Source: Flavobacterium agricola (GTDB lineage: Bacteria > Bacteroidota > Bacteroidia > Flavobacteriales > Flavobacteriaceae). Taken from it: 32,000 bases of DNA. The notes beneath the pieces are model-generated. The model had not been told where the DNA came from. It saw nothing but the letters and a program-made list of their open reading frames with translations, and did not search any database. The position numbers and the translations under genes are program-made. Positions 9,264 through 18,590 of the stretch are shown piece by piece. The stretch's first letter is position 1. Every line of letters starts with the position of its first letter. The stretch lies in the NCBI RefSeq assembly GCF_025919725.1, contig NZ_CP081495.1, positions 2,062,044 to 2,094,043 of the forward strand, in the 5' to 3' direction.

Positions 9264-9298
9264 GACTATAAATACCAAAAACAAACAACACAACAACA

Positions 9299-11197
9299 AT
9301 GAGCGACGCATTAAAACACGAATGTGGAATTGCACTTTTACGATTAAAAAAACCGTTAGAATTCTATAAAGAAAAATACGGAACAGCTTTTTATGGCGTG
9401 CAAAAAATGTATTTATTACTAGAAAAACAACACAACCGCGGACAAGACGGAGCTGGTTTGGCTAGTATTAAATTTGACATGGAACCCGGAGCACGTTATA
9501 TAAGCAGAATCCGCTCAAACCAAGCTGCGCCAATTCAAGATATTTTTAAACAAATTAACGAACGCATCAATACCGATTTAGAACAAAATCCGGACAAAGC
9601 GAACGATGTAGCTTGGCAAAAAAACAACGTACCTTACATTGGCGAAGTATTTTTAGGCCACGTACGTTACGGAACTTTTGGTAAAAACTCAATAGAAAAC
9701 GTACATCCATTTTTACGTCAAAACAACTGGATGCACCGCAATTTAATAGTTGCCGGAAACTTTAACTTAACCAATGTTAAAGAATTATTTAGCGATTTGG
9801 TACGTTTAGGACAGCATCCTAAAGAAATGGCAGATACGGTAACGGTTATGGAAAAAATTGGTCATTTTTTAGATGACGAAGTAACCGATTTGTATTTAGA
9901 ATGTAAAAACGAAGGTTTATCAAAACGCGAAGCTTCACCAGAAATAGCAAACCGTTTAGATATTGCTCGCATTTTACGTCGTGCCTCTAAAAACTGGGAC
10001 GGTGGTTATGCCATGGCAGGTTTATTAGGGCATGGTGATGCGTTTGTAACGCGTGATCCGGCAGGTGTACGTCCAGCATTTTATTATGAAGATGATGAAA
10101 TTGTCGTGGTAACTTCTGAACGTCCGGTTATTCAAACCGTTTTTAACGTGCCCTACAACGAAATTAAAGAAATTACCCCAGGGCATGCTTTAATTATTAA
10201 AAAAGACGGAACCGTAATTGACGCTAAAATTAGAGAACAATTACCTTTAAAAGCTTGTACTTTTGAAAGAATATATTTTTCTCGTGGAAATGATGCCCAA
10301 ATTTACCAAGAACGCAAAGATTTAGGTAAATTAATCATGCCACAAGTTTTAGAAGCCATAGATTTTGATACCGATAATTCGGTTTTTTCATACATTCCAA
10401 ACACGGCAGAAACATCGTTTTTTGGTATGGTAAGCGCTGCACAAGATTTTTTAAATCAGCGTAAAATAAAAGCCATTTTAGAGAACCAAAACAACTTAAA
10501 CGAAGATTTGTTGCAAGATGTACTTTCGGTTAAAATTCGTACAGAAAAAATAGCAATTAAAGATGCAAAACTACGTACGTTTATTACCGAAGATTCATCA
10601 CGTGATGATTTAGTTGCACACGTTTACGACGTAACTTATGGCGTAGTAAAACCAACTGACAACTTAGTTATTATTGATGATAGTATTGTGCGCGGTACTA
10701 CATTAAAAAATTCGATTATAAAAATGCTAGATCGTTTACAGCCCAAACAAATTGTGGTTGTTTCATCGGCACCGCAAATTCGTTACCCGGATTGCTATGG
10801 GATTGATATGGCCAAGTTAGAAGGTTTAATTGCTTTTCAGGCAACCTTAGCGTTATTAAAAGAGCGCAACTTATATCATTTAATTGAAGAAGTTTATCAA
10901 AAATCTAAAGCGCAAGAAAATTTACCGGATGATGAGATTGTAAACCACGTAAAAACAATTTACGAACCGTTTACAGATCAGGAAATTTCTGATAAAATAG
11001 CTGAATTGGTTACACCAAAAGATATTCAATCTCCGGTTAAAATTATTTTCCAATCGGTAAGCAACTTACATAAAGCTTGTCCAGATAATTTAGGTGATTG
11101 GTATTTTACGGGTGATTATCCTACAGCAGGCGGAAATCGCGTAGTAAATAAAGCTTTTATAAACTTTTACGAAGGCAACAACGACAGAGCTTATTAA
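9299..11197 (+). CDS. Amidophosphoribosyltransferase-like protein (class II glutamine amidotransferase plus phosphoribosyltransferase)
   Basis: 632 aa. HECGIALLRL, HNRGQDGAGLAS, GHVRYGTFG, VAGNFNLTN, DPAGVRPAFY, VIIDDSIVRGTT, VVSSAPQIRYPDCYGIDM. Confidence 0.88.
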   Translation: MSDALKHECGIALLRLKKPLEFYKEKYGTAFYGVQKMYLLLEKQHNRGQDGAGLASIKFDMEPGARYISRIRSNQAAPIQDIFKQINERINTDLEQNPDKANDVAWQKNNVPYIGEVFLGHVRYGTFGKNSIENVHPFLRQNNWMHRNLIVAGNFNLTNVKELFSDLVRLGQHPKEMADTVTVMEKIGHFLDDEVTDLYLECKNEGLSKREASPEIANRLDIARILRRASKNWDGGYAMAGLLGHGDAFVTRDPAGVRPAFYYEDDEIVVVTSERPVIQTVFNVPYNEIKEITPGHALIIKKDGTVIDAKIREQLPLKACTFERIYFSRGNDAQIYQERKDLGKLIMPQVLEAIDFDTDNSVFSYIPNTAETSFFGMVSAAQDFLNQRKIKAILENQNNLNEDLLQDVLSVKIRTEKIAIKDAKLRTFITEDSSRDDLVAHVYDVTYGVVKPTDNLVIIDDSIVRGTTLKNSIIKMLDRLQPKQIVVVSSAPQIRYPDCYGIDMAKLEGLIAFQATLALLKERNLYHLIEEVYQKSKAQENLPDDEIVNHVKTIYEPFTDQEISDKIAELVTPKDIQSPVKIIFQSVSNLHKACPDNLGDWYFTGDYPTAGGNRVVNKAFINFYEGNNDRAY

Positions 11198-11210
11198 TAA
11201 ATTCATAATA

Positions 11211-11238
11211 AAAAACCGATGCTTTAACATCGGTTTTT
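11211..11238. terminator. Bidirectional terminator between convergent purF-like and envC-like genes
   Basis: aaaaaccgatg-ctttaa-catcggttttt, near-perfect stem with A/T tracts. Confidence 0.88.
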
Positions 11239-11241
11239 TTA

Positions 11242-12513
11242 TTATAAGTTTTTCACCCAATGGGAAGGATTCATTTTTTCAGTGTTTTTATACACATAAA
11301 AGTTTAAAACCGTACGTCCGTTAGATGGAATGTGGATGCGCCCTAAATCTTGCTTGGCAGTAACTTTATCACCAACTTTAACCGACACGGTACTTAAGTT
11401 TTTGTATAAAGTAAAATATTCTCCGTGCTGAACCAAAATAGCCTTCGTGTTTCCTAAAACTTGAATTTGAATTACTTCGCCATCAAAAACAGCACGTGCA
11501 TTACTTCCGTTTTCAACTTTAATTTCAACCCCACCATTATCAATGGTTAAGTTTGAATATACAGGATGCGGCTGGATACCGAATTTAGACGAAACATACC
11601 CATTTTCTACCGGCCAAGGTAATTTACCTTTATTGTTTTTAAAATTATTCGATATAATTTCGCCTTCTTTATCTAATACAACTTTAGCAGAACTTGCTGT
11701 AGTTGTATTTGTTTTGGACTTAGAAGATGAATTGGCTGCTGCGGCCTTACGGCGGGCTTCTTCTGCTTTTTTGCGGTTGGCTTCGGCAATTGCTTTACGC
11801 ACCAATTCGTCAATTTCTTTTTGAATTTGTTTTGACTGCTGCTGCTTTTTGGTTATTTCGGCAGTATATTTTCGTTTGTTCTTTTTAATTTCGGCAACTA
11901 ACTTTTCATTTTTCTTTTTCTCTTCAGATAAAAGTTGTTTGTTTTTTTCGTTAGCTTCTATAATTGCAATTTTTTTAGCACGTTGCAATTCTAATTCAAT
12001 TTTTTGCGCTTTAACTTGTTCGTTTTTTTCTTGAATTTCGTCGCCTTGAATTTTACGGTAACTTGCATAGTACTTCATGTACTGAATGCGTTTGTACGCT
12101 TGTAAAAAATTTTCGGAAGAAAGCACAAACATAATTCGGCTTTTTTCGTTTCGGCTTTTGTACGATTTTACAATGGTATTTTTATAATCTTCTTTTAAAG
12201 CGTTTAATTCGGCAGTTAAAACATTTATTTGTTTTTGGGTGTTGTAAATATTATCATCTAAAAACTTGGTTTCACGTTCTGCCGTGGTAATTAAATCTTC
12301 TATAATTGCTATTTTTTCTTCAGATGCTTTTAAATCGGCCAACACATCCTTTTCTTTACTTGCTTCAATATTTAGTTTAGAATTGGCAATACGAATTTCG
12401 TTAAGCAATTGTGCTTTACGTTTTTCGAGTTGTTGTTGCTGTGCAGATGTTTGTTGCCCCCAAGCAATATGGGTTAAGCTTATAAAAGCGAGAGAAAAAA
12501 ATAATTTATACAT
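11242..12513 (-). CDS. EnvC-like murein hydrolase activator / M23 peptidase family protein
   Basis: 423 aa. Signal peptide, long coiled coil, C-terminal PVENGYVSSKFGIQPHPVYSNLTIDNGGVEIKVENGSNARAVFDGEVIQIQ. Confidence 0.88.
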   Translation of the reverse strand: MYKLFFSLAFISLTHIAWGQQTSAQQQQLEKRKAQLLNEIRIANSKLNIEASKEKDVLADLKASEEKIAIIEDLITTAERETKFLDDNIYNTQKQINVLTAELNALKEDYKNTIVKSYKSRNEKSRIMFVLSSENFLQAYKRIQYMKYYASYRKIQGDEIQEKNEQVKAQKIELELQRAKKIAIIEANEKNKQLLSEEKKKNEKLVAEIKKNKRKYTAEITKKQQQSKQIQKEIDELVRKAIAEANRKKAEEARRKAAAANSSSKSKTNTTTASSAKVVLDKEGEIISNNFKNNKGKLPWPVENGYVSSKFGIQPHPVYSNLTIDNGGVEIKVENGSNARAVFDGEVIQIQVLGNTKAILVQHGEYFTLYKNLSTVSVKVGDKVTAKQDLGRIHIPSNGRTVLNFYVYKNTEKMNPSHWVKNL

Positions 12514-12530
12514 TTAATTTACGCTTACTT

Positions 12531-13313
12531 TTATTCTGTAACCAATTGAATTTGTTTAAATCCGTTAGGAATTTCGTATTTAAACGAAACATTATCGTTA
12601 ACAGAAACAGAATTGTATTTAATATCTATTTGAACCGGATTTTCTTGTTCGGCAACAATAGCAATTGTTGCGGGCAAAAATATTCCTTGAGTTGCTTTAT
12701 AATCGGTGTAATTTAAAACTACCTGGCGGTTTTCGTCAGGCTGTTTCAGCGTGGTTTTTAGTAACAAATAATTTAAATCTTCGAAAAACGATTCGTTAAT
12801 AACTCCATCACGCGTTTTGTATTTTATTTTATGCAATCCGTTATCTAAAGCTGTTACAAAGTTAACCTGATTTAAATCGTAAATGGATTTTCCTAAAAAT
12901 ATATTTTGCACTTTGGTATAATCTAAATCTACCCCCAACCAATTGGATAAAATTTGATAGTTTCCATCAAAATATTGTCCGTTAAAGCTGTCGTAATACG
13001 AAACGCGGTCGGGCGTGATTAATGCCTTAACAAAGGTAATGCCCAAAAAACGAACCACAACTAAAATTTGTTTGTCTTTTTCTATTCTAATATCAGCGCT
13101 TGCGCTTTGATCTAGCTTTTTATCTTTAAATTTTATAGCTGTTCTGATGTTTAAGGTATTAAAATCAGTTGGAATTGCATAATGTTTGGTTGCCAATTCG
13201 GATTTAGAAATGCGCGAAGTTGCTTCGGCAGTTTCTACAGCCGTTTTTTTAGATGAACATGCAGTTAAAATAAAAAGAGAACAAAAAAGGTATGCAAATT
13301 TTTTAATCATCAT
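12531..13313 (-). CDS. DUF4292-type lipoprotein (LolA/LolB-like)
   Basis: Lipobox LTACSSKK. Body with LKTTLKQPDENRQVVLNYTDYKATQGIFLPATIAI and KYNSVSVNDNVSFKYEIPNGFKQI. Confidence 0.65.
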   Translation of the reverse strand: MMIKKFAYLFCSLFILTACSSKKTAVETAEATSRISKSELATKHYAIPTDFNTLNIRTAIKFKDKKLDQSASADIRIEKDKQILVVVRFLGITFVKALITPDRVSYYDSFNGQYFDGNYQILSNWLGVDLDYTKVQNIFLGKSIYDLNQVNFVTALDNGLHKIKYKTRDGVINESFFEDLNYLLLKTTLKQPDENRQVVLNYTDYKATQGIFLPATIAIVAEQENPVQIDIKYNSVSVNDNVSFKYEIPNGFKQIQLVTE

Positions 13314-14641
13314 GGGTTAAGAATTTTATTGGCTTTTATAAAATACGTTTCTTTTTGCTTTTCATTACCTAACTTATGGTAACATTCGCCCATTTGAATA
13401 TAAATATTAGCTTCTAACGCATCATCATCAAACAAATAAGTCAAAGCTTCATCAAAACTTTGTAATGCCTTTTTAGGCTCGTTTGAGTTTACTTGTGCAA
13501 TACCTAAATAATAATACAACTTGGCTTCTGCCGGATAAAGTTCTATATATTTTTTGGTCGCAATTGCCGCTTGCGCGTAGTTTTTATTGGCTAGAAAATT
13601 TTGAATTAAAAGCGTTTGCAATACCACATCGTTCGGGTTGTTTTGTAAACCTTTTTCCAGATAAACTTGCGCTACGTTAAATTTATTTTTGTTGTAAAAA
13701 AATACACCAACTTCTTTAGGAACATTAATAATATCTTGATTTTTAAATAAATCTACCACCGAAACCAAATCGGTTTCGTACTTTGGGTTTGCATTTACAA
13801 AAATTAAATATTCATTAAAAATACGGTGTTTTAGCAATTCGTGCACCGTGTTGCTGGTAATAGCAGCGTTTAAATGTTGTAACGCTGTTGCATAATTATT
13901 GGCTTGTAAAGCAGAACGAAATTGCGTTACATGCCCCCAATCTGAGTTTGGTACATGTTGTACCAATTGATTTATGGTTTGATACGTTTTATCGTAATCT
14001 TCGTCATGCAAATAATTGGTAATTAATTCTTCGTACGCGGTTTCGTCAGCCGGATTAATTTGTGTTGCTTGTTTAAAATCGGCTTTCACTTTTTTAGTAA
14101 ACTTCAGCTCAGATTCTGCCTGAAATTTAAAACGTTGCATGGCCGGAGATAATTTGCCACGTTTTTCTAATTCGTCTAACAAAACTAAAGCCTTATCATA
14201 TTCTTTAGCATAAACGTACAACGAAACTAAATCGTCGGTATATTCCGGATCCATTTCGGCTATTTTAACTGCAATAGGAATTGCTTTTTTAAAATCTTTA
14301 GTTGTATAAAAAAGCTTGTACAAATCAATCCAATACCATTTTTGGTTGGCACTTAATGAAATGGCTTTTTCATAAGCCAATTCGGCCTGGTAATAATCTT
14401 TTAAAGCAAAGTAATTTTTACCTAATTGATTGTAAAAAACAGCATTTTCGGGCTGTTTTTGAACGTTTTTTTGAAGTAAAACAATGGCTTTATCGTAATT
14501 TTCGATCGCTTTTTGAGAAATGGCTTCGTAAAAATTATTTTCAATTTCGTCCGCAACATTTTCACCCGGTATTTGTGCCGTAGCTACAAAACCGGAAAGC
14601 AAGAAATAAAAAACGATAAAGCGCGATTTTACTTGCATCAT
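13310..14641 (-). CDS. Exported tetratricopeptide-repeat protein
   Basis: 443 aa. Signal peptide and multiple TPR units (NAVFYNQLGKNYFALKDYYQAELAYEKAISL; AKLYYYLGIAQVNSNEPKKALQSFDEAL). Overlaps the next gene by 4 nt. Confidence 0.85.
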   Translation of the reverse strand: MMQVKSRFIVFYFLLSGFVATAQIPGENVADEIENNFYEAISQKAIENYDKAIVLLQKNVQKQPENAVFYNQLGKNYFALKDYYQAELAYEKAISLSANQKWYWIDLYKLFYTTKDFKKAIPIAVKIAEMDPEYTDDLVSLYVYAKEYDKALVLLDELEKRGKLSPAMQRFKFQAESELKFTKKVKADFKQATQINPADETAYEELITNYLHDEDYDKTYQTINQLVQHVPNSDWGHVTQFRSALQANNYATALQHLNAAITSNTVHELLKHRIFNEYLIFVNANPKYETDLVSVVDLFKNQDIINVPKEVGVFFYNKNKFNVAQVYLEKGLQNNPNDVVLQTLLIQNFLANKNYAQAAIATKKYIELYPAEAKLYYYLGIAQVNSNEPKKALQSFDEALTYLFDDDALEANIYIQMGECYHKLGNEKQKETYFIKANKILNP

Positions 14642-14643
14642 AT

Positions 14644-15654
14644 TTAATCTAAAACGCTATAATCACCAATGCTAATTGAGGTGAATTTACCATTAAATGC
14701 CGCATGATTACCAATCATTGAATTGGTCAATTGTGCATTAGTAATGGTTGCGTTGTTTTGAATTAACGAGTTATTTATGGTTGCATTTTCGATAACCGAA
14801 TTGGCTCCAACCGACACATTTGGCCCAATAGTAGCGTTTTTAAGTACTACATTTTCGCCCACATAACACGGTTGAATAATTTTTGCGTTTTCTAATACCA
14901 CATTATTGGCAACTAAATTTTGTCCGTCTTGGTGTAAAAAGTTTAACATGCGCGAATTGGTTTCTACAGTAACATTTTTGTTTCCACAATCCATCCATTC
15001 GTCCACTTTGCCCGGTTTAAAAAGTAAACCTTTTTGCTTCATGTTTTCTAACGCATCGGTTAACTGATATTCTCCGCCTTTGATAATGTTGTTATCTAAT
15101 AAATATTCTAATTCGGCACGTAAATTTTCGCCCGATTTGAAATAATAAATCCCGATAATGGCTAAATCTGAAATAAATTCTTTTGGTTTTTCAACAAAAT
15201 CAACAATTTCATTTTTATCATTTAGTTGCACCACGCCAAATGCGCTTGGATCTGGAACTGCTTTTACCCAAATAACGCTATCTGCATCGGTTTCTAACGT
15301 AAAATCGGCACGGAATAACGTATCTGCATAAGCAACAACAATATTACCTTGCATGCTTTCTTTAGCACATAAAATTGCGTGAGCTGTTCCTAATGCTTCG
15401 TTTTGGTAATAAATTTTTCCTTTAGAACCTAACTTTTCAGCGATAGCTAATAAATCTGCTTCTACAGCTTTACCAAAGCTTTCGTGAATAATAAAAGCAA
15501 TTTCTTCTATTTCTTGATTGATAACGCTAGCAATATCTTCGACCAAACGATGTACGATTGGTTTACCTGCAATAGGAATTAATGGTTTTGGAACCGTTAA
15601 TGTATGTGGTCTTAATCGGGAACCACGGCCCGCCATTGGTACAATTATTCTCAT
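14644..15654 (-). CDS. Sugar-phosphate nucleotidyltransferase (RmlA/GlmU-like)
   Basis: Start at internal Met, MRIIVPMAGRGSRLRPHTLTVPKPLIPIAGKP. C-terminal left-handed beta-helix repeats (VVLKNATIGPNVSVGANSVIENATI). The supplied ORF start at 15756 overlaps dut. Confidence 0.9.
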   Translation of the reverse strand: MRIIVPMAGRGSRLRPHTLTVPKPLIPIAGKPIVHRLVEDIASVINQEIEEIAFIIHESFGKAVEADLLAIAEKLGSKGKIYYQNEALGTAHAILCAKESMQGNIVVAYADTLFRADFTLETDADSVIWVKAVPDPSAFGVVQLNDKNEIVDFVEKPKEFISDLAIIGIYYFKSGENLRAELEYLLDNNIIKGGEYQLTDALENMKQKGLLFKPGKVDEWMDCGNKNVTVETNSRMLNFLHQDGQNLVANNVVLENAKIIQPCYVGENVVLKNATIGPNVSVGANSVIENATINNSLIQNNATITNAQLTNSMIGNHAAFNGKFTSISIGDYSVLD

Positions 15655-15661
15655 ATTTATA

Positions 15662-16096
15662 TTATTTAACGCCCGTACTACCAAATCCGCCTGCTCCGCG
15701 TTCTGTTTCAGAAAGCGCTTCGGCAACTTGCCATTCGGCACGTTCGTGTTTTGCAATTACAATTTGAGCGATGCGCTCACCATCTTCAATAACAAAATCT
15801 TCGTTAGAAAGATTAACTAATATTACCCCAACTTCGCCGCGGTAATCTGCATCAATTGTTCCGGGGCTATTTAAGCAGGTAATTCCTTTTTTAATTGCCA
15901 ATCCGGAACGCGGACGTACTTGTGCCTCGTAACCTTTCGGAAGCTCAATAAAAAGGCCTGTTTTAACTAATGTACGTGCTAATGGAGCAAGCACAATAGG
16001 TTCGTCAATATTCGCACGGATATCCATTCCGGCAGAAAGTTCCGTTTCGTAACTTGGTAACGGATGTTTTGATTTATTTATAACTTTAATTTTCAT
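15662..16096 (-). CDS. dut: dUTP diphosphatase
   Basis: 144 aa. [55 protein letters not shown]. Confidence 0.97.
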   Translation of the reverse strand: MKIKVINKSKHPLPSYETELSAGMDIRANIDEPIVLAPLARTLVKTGLFIELPKGYEAQVRPRSGLAIKKGITCLNSPGTIDADYRGEVGVILVNLSNEDFVIEDGERIAQIVIAKHERAEWQVAEALSETERGAGGFGSTGVK

Positions 16097-16124
16097 AAGT
16101 AATTATATGCGATTCAAGATTATA

Positions 16125-17573
16125 TTATCCTTTTTTTAAAGATAGTAATTGTTTTAGTAAAGGCCGTTCGTTCCAACCAATAATTGCAACTAATATGACC
16201 ACAAAAATAAAGCCAATTATATAATTTTCTCTAAATTGATAGAAATAAACGAAAGATAATAGAGTAGAAGAGCCTAAATATAAACTTATCGCTTTTTTAT
16301 CGTACGGAATTGGGTAATTTTTTTGCCCTAGTAGGTAAGAAGTATACATCATAAACGCATAAACCAATAATGTTGCCATGGCACAACCTAAAATTCCGAA
16401 ATGCGGAATAAGCAAGAAGTTAAAAGCAAACGTACCAATAGCGCCCAAAATAGAAATGTACATACCAACTTTGGTTTTGTCTTGAATTTTGTACCAAACC
16501 GATAAATTGGTATAAATGCCCAACATTAAATTGGCAAGAATTATGTACGGAACAATTTCCATTGCAGACCAATATGCCTGTTTAGGAATCATGATGATTT
16601 TTAAAATATCTGCACAAACAACAATAACTAACATAACTAAAGACCCGAATAACACAAAATATTTAGTTACGGTTGCATATTTAATTGGTGCATCTTCGTT
16701 TTTAGCATAATTAAAGAAAAAAGGTTCTATACCAAGCGTATATGCCATGCGAAACAAAACCATAAACAACCCAAGCTTATATATGGCTGCGTAACGAGCA
16801 ACCTCGATAATGCCGACATCTTTAGGTAACATCCAATCTAAAATAATTTTATCAAAGCTTTCATTAATAGCAAAAGCCAAACCACCAATCATAACGGGAT
16901 ACGCATAAATAAGCATTTCTTTTGCCAAATGCCAATTAAAGGCAACACGTAAATAACGATACGTTTTAGCAACTAACAACAAACAAACTAAGCTGGCAAT
17001 TAAATTGGCTAGATAGGCATATCCGACCTCGAAGTTTTGAATAAACAAACGCGATTTTGGAAAAAATTGCGGTAAAACATATAAAAAAACAATCGTAAAG
17101 CCCGAGTAAAGTAAAACGTTTGTAATTTTAATACCGGTATAAACTCCAGATTTTTGTTTGGCACGTAATAAAGCAAAAGGCACAACTGCCAATGCATCTA
17201 AAACTAAAATGGCAATAATAAATGCTGTAACTACCGGATCGGTAATGAAATAATTAGAAATGGGTTTTATAAACACAAAAGCTGGAATACAAAATACCAA
17301 ACAAATTCCAAGAATAATATACAGAGCATTACTAATTACTTGTTTTTTATCCTCGTACTTATTATAAAACCTAAAAAAGGCAGTTTCCATACCAAAAGAA
17401 AGGACCACGTTTAAAAACATGAGCCAAGAAAAGATTAAGCTGTAGCTTCCATAGGCATTTTCTGGCATCCAGTTAATGTAATAACGGACCATAATAAAGC
17501 CAATAATTTTAGGAAAAACTGCAGCTAAACCGTAAACTAAGGTTTGCTTAAAAAGCTTGGTATATAAACTCAC
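16125..17573 (-). CDS. Polysaccharide biosynthesis / MATE-like flippase (Wzx-type)
   Basis: 482 aa, about 14 hydrophobic segments. MSLYTKLFKQTLVYGLAAVFPKIIGFIMVRYY. Confidence 0.85.
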   Translation of the reverse strand: MSLYTKLFKQTLVYGLAAVFPKIIGFIMVRYYINWMPENAYGSYSLIFSWLMFLNVVLSFGMETAFFRFYNKYEDKKQVISNALYIILGICLVFCIPAFVFIKPISNYFITDPVVTAFIIAILVLDALAVVPFALLRAKQKSGVYTGIKITNVLLYSGFTIVFLYVLPQFFPKSRLFIQNFEVGYAYLANLIASLVCLLLVAKTYRYLRVAFNWHLAKEMLIYAYPVMIGGLAFAINESFDKIILDWMLPKDVGIIEVARYAAIYKLGLFMVLFRMAYTLGIEPFFFNYAKNEDAPIKYATVTKYFVLFGSLVMLVIVVCADILKIIMIPKQAYWSAMEIVPYIILANLMLGIYTNLSVWYKIQDKTKVGMYISILGAIGTFAFNFLLIPHFGILGCAMATLLVYAFMMYTSYLLGQKNYPIPYDKKAISLYLGSSTLLSFVYFYQFRENYIIGFIFVVILVAIIGWNERPLLKQLLSLKKG

Positions 17574-17615
17574 AAATATTTTTTTATGTAAATGTAAACA
17601 AGGTAGTGAAATAAA

Positions 17616-17643
17616 AAAAGAGCTAACACAAGTTAGCTCTTTT
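17616..17643 (-). terminator. Terminator downstream of atpG
   Basis: aaaagagctaac-acaa-gttagctctttt, 12-bp stem. A tract on the plus strand gives a U tail for the minus transcript. Confidence 0.88.
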
Positions 17644-17664
17644 AAAATATATCTTAAAATTAAA

Positions 17665-18528
17665 TTAGTTATTTAAAGCTTCTGCTCCACCAACAATTTC
17701 TAAAATTTCATTAGTAATTGCAGCTTGACGTGCTTTATTATAAGTTAATTTTAATTGATCTCTTAAATCTTTAGCGTTATCCGTTGCTTTATGCATTGCT
17801 GTCATACGTGCACCGTGCTCCGAAGCATAAGAATCTCTAATCGCTTTATACAATTGTGTTTTTAATGACTTAGGTATTAAAGTTGTCACAATTTCTTCTT
17901 TAGAAGGCTCATAAATATAATCTAATTCAGTTGCAACAACATCAGCAGATTCGATAGGAGCTAAAGGTAAAAATTGTTCTTCAACCACAACTTGCGTAGC
18001 TGCATTAACAAACTGGTTGTAAACAATAACAATTTTATCGTAAGCACCAGTAAGGAACATATTTGTTAAAGATTCAGCAATTTCAGCAACATTATCAAAC
18101 GTTAAGTTGTCATAAATATCGCTGCGATTTGCAATAACATGTTCTGTTTTAGATAACGATTCGTAAGCTTTTTTACCAATAGCAAAAACAGCAACATTAT
18201 CAGATTTATATTGAGCCGCAATCGTTTTAACTTGTTTTAAAACGTTTGAGTTAAAAGCTCCACATAAACCTCTGTTAGAAGCTAATGCTACAATTAATAC
18301 TTTATTTACTTCGCGCTGCTCTGAATATTTACCAGCTGCATCACCAGTAAGAGAACCGCTTAAGTTTTGTATTAATTCAGTAAGTTTTTCGGCATAAGGG
18401 CGCATGGCAGTAATAGCATCTTGAGCGCGTTTTAATTTAGCAGCAGAAACCATTTTCATCGCAGATGTAATTTGCATCGTAGATGAAACTGAACTAATTC
18501 TATTACGTATTTCCTTTAAGTTTGCCAT
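17665..18528 (-). CDS. atpG: F1 ATP synthase gamma subunit
   Basis: 287 aa. MANLKEIRNRISSVSSTMQITSAMKMVSAAKLKRAQ; C-terminal ARMTAMHKATDNAKDLRDQLKLTYNKARQAAITNEILEIVGGAEAL. Confidence 0.98.
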   Translation of the reverse strand: MANLKEIRNRISSVSSTMQITSAMKMVSAAKLKRAQDAITAMRPYAEKLTELIQNLSGSLTGDAAGKYSEQREVNKVLIVALASNRGLCGAFNSNVLKQVKTIAAQYKSDNVAVFAIGKKAYESLSKTEHVIANRSDIYDNLTFDNVAEIAESLTNMFLTGAYDKIVIVYNQFVNAATQVVVEEQFLPLAPIESADVVATELDYIYEPSKEEIVTTLIPKSLKTQLYKAIRDSYASEHGARMTAMHKATDNAKDLRDQLKLTYNKARQAAITNEILEIVGGAEALNN

Positions 18529-18544
18529 TTTATAACTTGTAATT

Positions 18545-18584
18545 TAGGAGTAGGAGTTAGGAGTTATTGCTAACTCCTATCCTA
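18545..18584 (-). other. Intercistronic stem-loop between atpA and atpG
   Basis: taggagtaggagttag / gagttattg / ctaactcctatccta: 15 pairs with one bulged base. Confidence 0.7.
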
Positions 18585-18590
18585 GATTAA

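Noticed and set aside
11543-12517. Three plus-strand ORFs antisense to the EnvC-like gene
   Set aside because: They mirror a lysine/glutamate-rich coiled coil, which yields Phe/Leu/Ser-rich antisense frames.
17009-17197. Minus-strand 62-aa ORF within the flippase gene
   Set aside because: Alternative frame inside a well-supported 482-aa membrane protein. No start context or homology visible.
18541-18590. Tandem TAGGAG-like units as a CRISPR or VNTR array
   Set aside because: Only a few 6-8 nt units without unique spacers. The inverted-repeat hairpin explains the sequence better.
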